Of a stretch of 32,230 nt of DNA, positions 9,601-16,017 are shown one piece after another. Both the position numbers and the translations under genes were made by a program. Source of the DNA: an uncultured virus (IMG/VR IMGVR_UViG_3300022468_000843) (lineage: Duplodnaviria > Heunggongvirae > Uroviricota > Caudoviricetes); the IMG/VR virus record IMGVR_UViG_3300022468_000843; one strand, written 5' to 3'. Within the stretch, counting starts at the first letter, position 1, and every line of letters begins with the position of its first letter. The notes under the pieces were generated by a model. That model searched no databases and was not told where the DNA came from. It worked only from the letters and a program-made list of their open reading frames with translations.

Positions 9601-11220
9601 GGGCTTGAGGCCGATGGCGCGCACCTGGCGGATCGCCTGGTCAGGCGCCGTCTTGCCCAGGGACACCTGGAAGTCGCCGGTACCGGGCGCCTTCATGGCC
9701 ATCACCAGGGCGGCATTCGCCTCCATTTCACCCAGGGACTGCCCCAGGATGCGCTGGGCGTCACCCACGCAGGCGCGCCGGCGGGCGTTCAGCTCCTGAG
9801 CCACGGCCAGGTCGGCGCCGTTGGTGGCGTCCTCGGACACCTCGATGGCCTTGGCCGCATCCGAGAGGTCGCGGGCCTTCTTGAGGGCTTCGGTGCTGGC
9901 GGCCATGTAGTGGTTCATGTGCCAGTCCTGGATGCCGGCTGCCACGTGGGCGACCTCGTCCGGCGGCAGGTCGGCGTGCACGCGGCGCGCGAGCACCTGC
10001 GCGGCGCCAGCGATACCCAGCACGTCCACCACGCTGCGATCGACCAGGGCATCACCACCGACGGCCAGCGCCAGGGCGTTGATGCTGTTGTACGCGCCCA
10101 CGCCGATGTGGCCACCCAGGGTTTCCGTCGGGTTGCCGCCGGCGATCTTGCCCACCTCGGACAGGAAGGCGACGGTTTGCGCGGTGCGCAGATCGCCCTC
10201 GACGGCCTTGCGCGCGGCGGCATCCAGGTCGGCATCGTCGCTGGTTTCCAGCACGAACGCCTTGGGCTCGGTGGACGCCTTGTCCACGTCGGCGTTCGCC
10301 TCGCGCGCTTGGCGCTCGATTTGCTGCAGGCGCTTGCCCTCCTTCACCAGCTCGAGCGCATCCTTTGCGCTCAGCAGGCTGGCGTCGGCCTTCGGGGCGG
10401 CGGGCTCCTTGATGCCCTCCAGCTCCTTTTTCAGGAGGTCGGCGGCAGCGCCGCGGGCAAACGCAGACTTGCGCTGCTCGTCGGTCATGCCGGCCAGCTT
10501 CACCTGCATGGCCTCGGCCGCCAGCGATTCCTCGTTCAGGCCCGCCTTTTCGGCCCGCCCCTTGTAGTCCGCCTGGAAGCCCAGGCCCGAGCCGACCGCC
10601 TTCACCGGGTCGAGGTCGTTCACGGACAGCACGTCCGGCGAGCTCGAAAACAGCGGCACCTCGCCCACGCCAGCATCAGCGCGCGCGCCGGCGTCGTTGA
10701 CCAGCTTCTCGCGGCTCTGCTTGATCACATCCTTGGCGCGCTGCAGTAGGGCTTTGTGGTGTTTTTCCCGCACCTTGCCCAGGGCCTTGTCGGACAGGTG
10801 CGCGTAGTCTTCCTCGGGGAATTCGAGATCCTCTGGTGACCACCCGGCCTTTTTCGCGACGGCCTCGATGACGCCCCGCTCGGCGGCCTTGCGCTGCTTC
10901 TGGATTTCCTCTCGCGCCTCCTGCTTGGCGCCATGGATGCCGGCTGCTTTGTCGGCGGCCGTCTGCTCCTTGCGGGCGGCCGCGCGCTTGGCCTGGGCAG
11001 TTTTGGCCTCGGCCTTGTAGTCCGAGTGCGACTTCACGCCGCGCAGGCGTAGATGGTTCAGCGAGCCGCCGGCGCCGCCGATGACCTTTGCGCTGCCGTC
11101 GGACTGGGGCTGGATGAGCACAGCCTGCCCCTTGCCGGTACCGCCGGGGTGAACTGTGATCCACCTGGCGTCTGGCGGGATGGCGTCGGCCTTGATCAGC
11201 AGGGTCGGAAATTTGGGCAT
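6676..11220 (-). CDS. Large SNF2/SF2 helicase-domain protein (DarB-like, putative virion cargo)
   Basis: Motif I AAGAGSGKT, motif II IDEAH, motif III ASGDPIKN, motif V SDAGAVGMNLQ, motif VI QRNARIDRIGQ; about 1000-aa helical N-terminal region. Confidence 0.85.
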   Translation of the reverse strand: MPKFPTLLIKADAIPPDARWITVHPGGTGKGQAVLIQPQSDGSAKVIGGAGGSLNHLRLRGVKSHSDYKAEAKTAQAKRAAARKEQTAADKAAGIHGAKQEAREEIQKQRKAAERGVIEAVAKKAGWSPEDLEFPEEDYAHLSDKALGKVREKHHKALLQRAKDVIKQSREKLVNDAGARADAGVGEVPLFSSSPDVLSVNDLDPVKAVGSGLGFQADYKGRAEKAGLNEESLAAEAMQVKLAGMTDEQRKSAFARGAAADLLKKELEGIKEPAAPKADASLLSAKDALELVKEGKRLQQIERQAREANADVDKASTEPKAFVLETSDDADLDAAARKAVEGDLRTAQTVAFLSEVGKIAGGNPTETLGGHIGVGAYNSINALALAVGGDALVDRSVVDVLGIAGAAQVLARRVHADLPPDEVAHVAAGIQDWHMNHYMAASTEALKKARDLSDAAKAIEVSEDATNGADLAVAQELNARRRACVGDAQRILGQSLGEMEANAALVMAMKAPGTGDFQVSLGKTAPDQAIRQVRAIGLKPGDYSLEKVGGDTFLTVTPAGMSRLASPVAREDVAQVSRNLSIIRGDQDEDGWLPLGVANRPDLVMDVKPGVAERLAQPFQAGDDLQASLRSYIGARAADGDAPADILSDVQSADFFQKVGIERTEEYRAALDAVAPLKDADGKQQRAEALSDTFDKYADDHVASLGGDRTTLNRQKIAVDQHSVDALHRALAETPEGTAAYKQIGELTPKDQAALREHFYQHIAREDEAAGALRKELEEAHAAEPEKETSDMFGDTVPNPDWKDWKAHRDGLAEKLNASSLTWGKYLKTMGGNERAYEAVQDVIRSKMAKTFVDAHNKLNPGSPLKLGKRVIRNNLDHLDAVDSDARAARMAKDKALIDRLRERVGGKYASGGVNDKIEAAKQQQAAFEQAQMGFFSSEDVPDASAGGQPASLGADERHTLGHAAERQIAAMMGHVGANFKPGQPTKLWGVSMSGKYAAQQRAVKLVAANKRVALAAGAGSGKTNIMLGTHAHLAGLGKVKRSIMMVPSIVQGQFNGEALRLLEAGKFKTHIQPGASQAERIAAYKDPGTHICVMTHQSFRDDMVHLGAKHAGVDEAAMTAQLGTMSPLERKAWVSGVMEKEGINFDASFIDEAHDTLNRAGKENSSLSNVLEAVGHHTPYHVYASGDPIKNDASEIHSMLQKMDPERYGDRAAFMRRYGADTIASKQALQREMARYVFPTSITPDVARSRKREVVKLSPGQHEALGKLDKHLARARLAERAGKVDVEAARGISPGSFGGVPESEHEAIAANLQKSVGILKSSAINRIINAHPDNAKVQHAVSMVAARPGKQGVIFARNRESVAQYQAAMEKAGKRVVVITGSDSAKDKDRKRRMFNPETGAPEADILIASDAGAVGMNLQSGQYLIQHDVPMTAKTHSQRNARIDRIGQKNGIELIDLEADHKEERRSRERLEKKYALKDMMASPLDGLDDSGVAGAIHARRSAAQAEQGGLF

Positions 11221-11242
11221 CGCCCAATGATGAAGTCACGAC
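11221..11242 (-). promoter_or_regulatory. Late-promoter motif for the helicase gene
   Basis: GTCGTGA-CTT-CATCAT-TGGGCG-ATG. Confidence 0.7.
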
Positions 11243-11387
11243 ACGCGACGCGCGCGGCGTGTGAGTTTTTCACAGGGCTCTGATACTTTCTGCTGATCCA
11301 ACCAAAAATCTTGTGATTTGTGCACCGCATAGCAAACGGATTAGCTCCTCACCGTTGATTACGCGCAAACACAGGAGCAAGCGGGAA

Positions 11388-11744
11388 ATGCGACGGGCGG
11401 TCAACGACAACCACAAACGAAGTATCGGGCGTGCACTCCAGTGCGCGAACGACAACGAGCGCGAGGCGGTCACGGTGGAAGAAATGTCTCTGGCGGCGGG
11501 CATGAGCCCCTTCCACTTCTCCCGGGTATTCAAGACGATCACCGGTGTATCACCGCACCAGTACCTGGTGCAGAAACGAATCGAGCAATCGATGAAACTC
11601 CTGGTGGCCAGCGGCCGCCCGATAGCCAACATCGCGCTAGAGTGCGGCTTTTCCAGTCAAGCGCACTTCTCGGCGACGTTCAGGGCGCGGGTGGGCTTTT
11701 CGCCTCGGGAGTTCCGGTACCGGGGCCCGGAGATCCAGGATTGA
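11388..11744 (+). CDS. Stand-alone AraC-family DNA-binding protein (MarA/SoxS-sized)
   Basis: VTVEEMSLAAGMSPFHFSRVFK...IANIALECGFSSQAHFSATFRARVGFSPREFR is the AraC double HTH signature; AGGAG precedes the ATG at 11388. Confidence 0.9.
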   Translation: MRRAVNDNHKRSIGRALQCANDNEREAVTVEEMSLAAGMSPFHFSRVFKTITGVSPHQYLVQKRIEQSMKLLVASGRPIANIALECGFSSQAHFSATFRARVGFSPREFRYRGPEIQD

Positions 11745-12888
11745 GGATGCCGGCCAGCACAGCGGCGAAGGCCGGGTCATCGTCCGGGTCTGGGCCGTTG
11801 TCCAGCACCACCCAGCGCCCGCGACAGTTCGGGTGCGCCAGGCCAGCAGGTAGCTGCCACATCTCGTGCGGCTCCCGCTCGATCAGCACATCCCCGACGC
11901 GCTTGCGTGGCGAGGCGGAGCGACCGACGTTGTTCTTGCCGACCCACACCTGCGTGTCGGGATCCTTCTCTGGCGCGGCCGGGTCCACCACTGTGGCCAC
12001 CACGCCGTCGATCTTGCGGCAGAAGGCACACGCGCCCTCGTACTGCTCGATGCGCTTCACGCGCGAGCCATAAGGCAAGCTGGCGATCAGCCCCTGGAGC
12101 TGGGCCTCGCCCGCTTCGGTGATGGCGATGCGCCGCCAATCGCGATTGAGGATCCCGAACTCGTCCAGCAGCTTCGTCTGCAGGGATGAACCCTTGGGGC
12201 CCGAGGTGGCCACGTGCTCCAGGTGTTGAAGCACGACGCCGCGCATCCGGTGGCGAACGGAATCCGACAGGGCGCGGACATTCTCGACGCTGCGCACGCG
12301 GGCAAAGTCGAGCATGGTGGCTTGCGCCTTGGTCAGCTCGAATTGCTGCACGGCGCCGGCGACCGTTGACGGCATGGCCGCCAGGATGGCGTCGGCCTGC
12401 TTGCTTGTTGGCGGCTTCGCCATGTTGGCCTGCACCTTGCCCATCATGCCGGCGCGGGTTGACAGCCACTCCGCCTCGGTGGCCAGGGCTTCCGCGGGCA
12501 GGTAGCGCTGGATGGTGTAGTCCACCGCCATCATGTGGTCGTCGAGCGTCCACTGCGCGGGAGGCAGGGCCTCCAGGTAGATGCGCACGAGGGACAGCTC
12601 CGCCTCGTTCCACCGCTGCATGCCACCGGGCGGCGGCGCGATCGGGGCGCTGTGGTGGGGCGCGTGGCGCAGACCCAAGGCCCAGGCCTCGATTTCCTTC
12701 TTCACGCTGGACAGGCGATCCAGCCCACGTTCGGTGAACAGCTCAACCAGGCGCTTGAGCAGCGGCGAATCGTGCGGCGACCAGATGCCGTCGCCGTGGT
12801 CGCCGTGCCCCTGGGCCTTGTAGATGTAGTCGAGCGCATCGTCCGTGGCACGCGGAGACAAGCGAATGAGATCGATGAATAGGCCCAT
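11680..12888 (-). CDS. Head morphogenesis protein (MuF/SPP1 gp7 family)
   Basis: RIAITE, ACAFC and HPNCRGRW motifs; located downstream of the portal. Confidence 0.8.
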   Translation of the reverse strand: MGLFIDLIRLSPRATDDALDYIYKAQGHGDHGDGIWSPHDSPLLKRLVELFTERGLDRLSSVKKEIEAWALGLRHAPHHSAPIAPPPGGMQRWNEAELSLVRIYLEALPPAQWTLDDHMMAVDYTIQRYLPAEALATEAEWLSTRAGMMGKVQANMAKPPTSKQADAILAAMPSTVAGAVQQFELTKAQATMLDFARVRSVENVRALSDSVRHRMRGVVLQHLEHVATSGPKGSSLQTKLLDEFGILNRDWRRIAITEAGEAQLQGLIASLPYGSRVKRIEQYEGACAFCRKIDGVVATVVDPAAPEKDPDTQVWVGKNNVGRSASPRKRVGDVLIEREPHEMWQLPAGLAHPNCRGRWVVLDNGPDPDDDPAFAAVLAGILNPGSPGPGTGTPEAKSPPAP

Positions 12889-12909
12889 GTCTCAGTGTTG
12901 CATCACGAC
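12889..12909 (-). promoter_or_regulatory. Late-promoter motif for the MuF-like gene
   Basis: GTCGTGA-TGC-AACACT-GAGAC-ATG. Confidence 0.7.
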
Positions 12910-12935
12910 AAAAAAAGACCCGCACGAGGCGGGTC
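12910..12935 (-). terminator. Rho-independent terminator downstream of the tRNA
   Basis: Minus strand GACCCGC-CTCGT-GCGGGTC-TTTTTTT. Confidence 0.85.
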
Positions 12936-12967
12936 AAGGGTGCAGCGGGAGAGCAGCAGAAAAAGGG

Positions 12968-13043
12968 TGGTTGCGATGGCTGGACTCGAACCAGCGACCT
13001 CCGGGTTATGAGCCCGCCGAGCTACCAACTGCTCCACACCGCA
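12968..13043 (-). tRNA. tRNA-Met(CAT), initiator (fMet) type
   Basis: 76-nt cloverleaf TGCGGTG...CTCATAA...GGTTCGAGTCC...CATCGCAACCA with encoded CCA, three consecutive G-C pairs in the anticodon stem and A11-U24; has U1-A72 instead of the usual C1xA72. Confidence 0.92.
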
Positions 13044-13136
13044 CCTTCAAGAACAAGCACTGTCAACCGTTGGCTTGTGGGGCGAACCCTGCGCGCCTTG
13101 CGGAATCGAACCGCGCCCGGTGCTTGTTCTTGAAGG
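13044..13136 (-). ncRNA. Candidate tRNA-like structured RNA
   Basis: Perfect 17-bp terminal inverted repeat (13044-13060 / 13120-13136) enclosing a T-arm GCGG-TTCGATT-CCGC and a GGG-TTCG-CCC hairpin; abuts the tRNA 5' end. Confidence 0.5.
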
Positions 13137-13253
13137 CCCTGCTGGCGAAAGGACGAAACCCCAGCAGGATCAACAAGGGCCCTTTGCCAGTCAGCGTTTG
13201 CGGTCGCCACCGTTGCGCTTACCAACACACAACCAGAGGACTGAATAGTACAA

Positions 13254-13460
13254 CAAAAAAGGCGCGCCGACGACAGCGCAAACTGCCGCCGGCACTTCCC
13301 ACCATCCGACTACGGCTCGCCGAAGCATTGCCGCTGGTGAGCTGCGGGTGCCGCCTACCCACCGTACGACGTTACCGCCGCCGACCCCAGGGCGCTCTGG
13401 AGAGTTCTCGTATCCCGGCAGCTTCACCCCTGCCGGACCTGGTGGGCTCCAGGGCTCACG
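13254..13460 (-). ncRNA. Candidate structured RNA of about 200 nt
   Basis: Intergenic; several hairpins with G-U pairs and GUAA/UUCG tetraloops on the minus strand; long-range CCCACCA/TGGTGGG pairing; ends in an 11-bp hairpin and a T6 tract. Confidence 0.4.
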
Positions 13461-13466
13461 GGCTGT

Positions 13467-13763
13467 TCAATATTTTGCGGACTTCGCCAGTTCGAGGCGT
13501 TCCGCGCGGGCCTCGGGCGGGATGCTGACCAGGCGGCGCTTGCCGCTGGCATCCTGCACGATCAGGCCGTCCTCGCCTTCCTCCACCACCGTGTACCGCT
13601 GCGGCGCGCGTTTCTTGTGGCCGGCCAGGTGCTCCCACTTGAGCTTATGCTGCTCGCCGCCAGCGTCCACCGTGCAACCGTGCTTGCCGGTGCACAGCAC
13701 CTTGCCCGACTTGGGGGTTCCCCGATGGTGGAAATAAACCTCATCATCAACGCTTGCCGTCAC
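13467..13763 (-). CDS. Hypothetical protein with SH3/KOW-like beta domain
   Basis: GTG start overlaps the HNH stop (GTGA) after AGGAG; pattern DEVYFHH...GKVLCTGKHGCTV. Confidence 0.65.
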   Translation of the reverse strand: MTASVDDEVYFHHRGTPKSGKVLCTGKHGCTVDAGGEQHKLKWEHLAGHKKRAPQRYTVVEEGEDGLIVQDASGKRRLVSIPPEARAERLELAKSAKY

Positions 13764-14263
13764 AACATTGCTCCTATCCACTCACCCGGCTGGGTGATGA
13801 CCATCTTGTTGCTTTTCGACCTGTTCATTCGCCTCGGTATCACCTGGCAGTTATTCCAAACATGCAGGCCGCTGGCTTCCTTGGCCTTCACAGGGATCAT
13901 GTGATCCGCCTGCCACGCAAAGCCAGTAGCAAGCGATCGTGCGACGCTTAGGCTCATCGCCTCCTGCCACACGAAACAATCCAGCTCGCCGAACCAGCAC
14001 GGAACAGAGCGCTTCACGTTTTCATGCCGGACTCGTGCTGCCGCCTTGAAGCCGGAGGGATCCTGCGCGTATCGGCGAGCCTGTTTTGCCCTGGCGTTTG
14101 CGCGCCTTTTTTCTATGTTTTCGGCATAGTAACGACGCTGACGCTCGCGGCTTTTTTCGAGATTTTCGGCGTACTTCTCTCGCTGCGCTGAATTCAGGGT
14201 GTCCCTGTTATTCAGCCAGTAACGGCGGTTGTACTCGCGCGCGGCGTCTACATTGGCGCTCAT
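13760..14263 (-). CDS. HNH endonuclease (homing type)
   Basis: WQADHMIPV...SGLHVWNNCQVIPRRMNRSKSN; basic helical N-terminus; ATGA overlap with the portal stop. Confidence 0.85.
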   Translation of the reverse strand: MSANVDAAREYNRRYWLNNRDTLNSAQREKYAENLEKSRERQRRYYAENIEKRRANARAKQARRYAQDPSGFKAAARVRHENVKRSVPCWFGELDCFVWQEAMSLSVARSLATGFAWQADHMIPVKAKEASGLHVWNNCQVIPRRMNRSKSNKMVITQPGEWIGAML

Positions 14264-15987
14264 GGCTCCACCGAGAAAACAGGCAGCCCGAAGGACTTCT
14301 GCATGTCCGGGCCGTTGCCGTCGTCACCATCGGGGCCAGCGGGCCCGCCAGGGCCGGGCTGACCACCGCCGAAGGGCGGAGCACCTCCGCCCTCTTCATC
14401 GCCGCCGTCGGCCCCGGGAGGGCCGCCGTTGGGGCCGGGTTGACCTGGCGTGCCGTAGTCCTCGCCTGCGGCCTGCTGGCTTTGCATGTAGATGCCCATC
14501 AGCGGCTGGTACAGCGGGGCGTCCGCCCAGTCTTCCTTGATTTCTTCCTTGCCCATGGCCTTGCGGGCTTCGTTCCAGGTGCTGGTGGTCTTTTCCTTGT
14601 CCCAGCGCGTGGCGGGATCTTCCTCGTCCAGACCGGTCCAGCGGAAGCAATACTTCTCGCCGAACTCCGACACGATGTAGTCGGAAAACAAGTCCTCGTA
14701 GTGCGCCAGCAGCGGGCGCAGGCCCTTGTCCTTCGAGTTGACCAGCTTCTCTTCGGTGTCCGAGCCGGACAGCGACGAGGTGCCCGCGGTGAACGACTCG
14801 AAGTTGATCTCGTCCGGCGCGATGCCGTAGATCGCGCAGATGATCGACGTGAGGAACGTCATCCACTTGGCGAACATGATCTCGTTCACTTCGACGCCGA
14901 AGTTTTCAAACGAAGCCTTCGACTCCTGGTCCTTCGAAATCATCACCGGGAGCGACCACGCGTTGTTGATGCCGCGCACCATCGCGTTCCAGTAGCGACG
15001 GAAGGACGCCAGGTCGTTCTGGTCGTAGTTGCCGGACAGGTGCAGCATGCCCTTCGGGATGCTGTTCTTGTCAAAGTAGCTGGTGTTGTAGGTGAACGCG
15101 TTCAGGAAGCCGGTCACGGCGCGCACCAGCAGCTCGGGTTCGGCCAGGCCATACCCTCCCACCAGGACGTCCGTGCGCGGGTTGCGCGGCACGTAGATCA
15201 GATCGTCGAAGGTGTAGGCGGCGCGGATGTTTCCATCGACCACCTGCAGCGCGAAAATCTCGTCCTCATCCCGGTAGCCCTGGTCGCTGGCCAGGCGGAT
15301 CGTTGCACCGTCCACGGCATAGAAGCCGTCAAGCCCCAGGGACTTGTCGCGCTTGTATTCCGTCTCGATCGGGGCGCTGTCCATGGTCAGCGTGTCGCGT
15401 ACCGACTTCGCCATGAACTGCGAAAAGTTGTCCCGGCGCAGGCGCGCGCGCTGGCGCGGGTTGCGCTCCCAGCCGTTGTTCGTGAAGAAGCCCTGCAGCA
15501 GGCTGACGGTTTGCTGCTCGTCCTTGCCCAGCTTGGCGTTCGCATCCTTGAGGGCGATCTGGAAGCCGGGGCCGGTACCGCCGCTGTTGGGGCGCAGGAA
15601 CCGCTGCACCTGGCGCACGCGGGTCATGACCACGGCGCTGAGCACGGGCGTCTGGTCGACCATTCCGCGCAGCATGTCGAAGTTCATGCCGGACCAGCGC
15701 TCGCGCCACTCGCCCATCGAGTTCCCATAGCTGTCGTTCAGCCAGACCGACTGCATGCCGGGCTTGCCTTCCTTGATCGCCTTGCTCGGGAACGGCACGA
15801 CGTTCGGCTTTGACAGCGCCTTGTGCATCTCTTGCTCTTGGTACTGCTCCTGCATGAACTGCACGATCGGCAGCATGTCGGGCACGCTGGACGGCATGGC
15901 GGCGGCTTGCGCCTCAGCCATGGCTTGCGCGCGCTCGTCACCAGGCGCCGAGCCATTGAAGGCGGTTGTAAGTGCAGTTTCAGCCAT
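14260..15987 (-). CDS. Portal protein
   Basis: Follows the terminase; motifs FYAVDGATIRL, LIYVPRNPRTD...GYGLAEPE, YFDKNSIPKGML and TWNEARKAMG are typical of phage portals. Confidence 0.9.
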   Translation of the reverse strand: MAETALTTAFNGSAPGDERAQAMAEAQAAAMPSSVPDMLPIVQFMQEQYQEQEMHKALSKPNVVPFPSKAIKEGKPGMQSVWLNDSYGNSMGEWRERWSGMNFDMLRGMVDQTPVLSAVVMTRVRQVQRFLRPNSGGTGPGFQIALKDANAKLGKDEQQTVSLLQGFFTNNGWERNPRQRARLRRDNFSQFMAKSVRDTLTMDSAPIETEYKRDKSLGLDGFYAVDGATIRLASDQGYRDEDEIFALQVVDGNIRAAYTFDDLIYVPRNPRTDVLVGGYGLAEPELLVRAVTGFLNAFTYNTSYFDKNSIPKGMLHLSGNYDQNDLASFRRYWNAMVRGINNAWSLPVMISKDQESKASFENFGVEVNEIMFAKWMTFLTSIICAIYGIAPDEINFESFTAGTSSLSGSDTEEKLVNSKDKGLRPLLAHYEDLFSDYIVSEFGEKYCFRWTGLDEEDPATRWDKEKTTSTWNEARKAMGKEEIKEDWADAPLYQPLMGIYMQSQQAAGEDYGTPGQPGPNGGPPGADGGDEEGGGAPPFGGGQPGPGGPAGPDGDDGNGPDMQKSFGLPVFSVEP

Positions 15988-16009
15988 AGTCCAAGTTTGC
16001 CATCACGAC
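15988..16009 (-). promoter_or_regulatory. Late-promoter motif for the portal gene
   Basis: GTCGTGA-TGG-CAAACT-TGGACT-ATG. Confidence 0.7.
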
Positions 16010-16017
16010 CCCCAATG

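Noticed and set aside
11260..11274. CRP site (TGTGA...TCACA)
   Set aside because: The spacer is 5 nt rather than the 6 nt CRP requires; kept only as an unassigned palindrome.
11680..12888. MuF-fused polymorphic toxin
   Set aside because: The protein ends shortly after HPNCR with only a low-complexity tail; the toxin-like domains are on a separate gene.
12968..13043. tRNA as prophage attachment site
   Set aside because: It is flanked on both sides by co-oriented head genes, with no integrase or duplicated tRNA 3' end in the window.
13138..13168. GGACGAAAC, resembling a hammerhead ribozyme core
   Set aside because: The required CUGANGA segment is not present in the right position.
13044..13460. 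Possible (permuted) tmRNA or second tRNA
   Set aside because: The T-arm is not followed by an acceptor strand ending in CCA, and I found no tag reading frame or anticodon arm.
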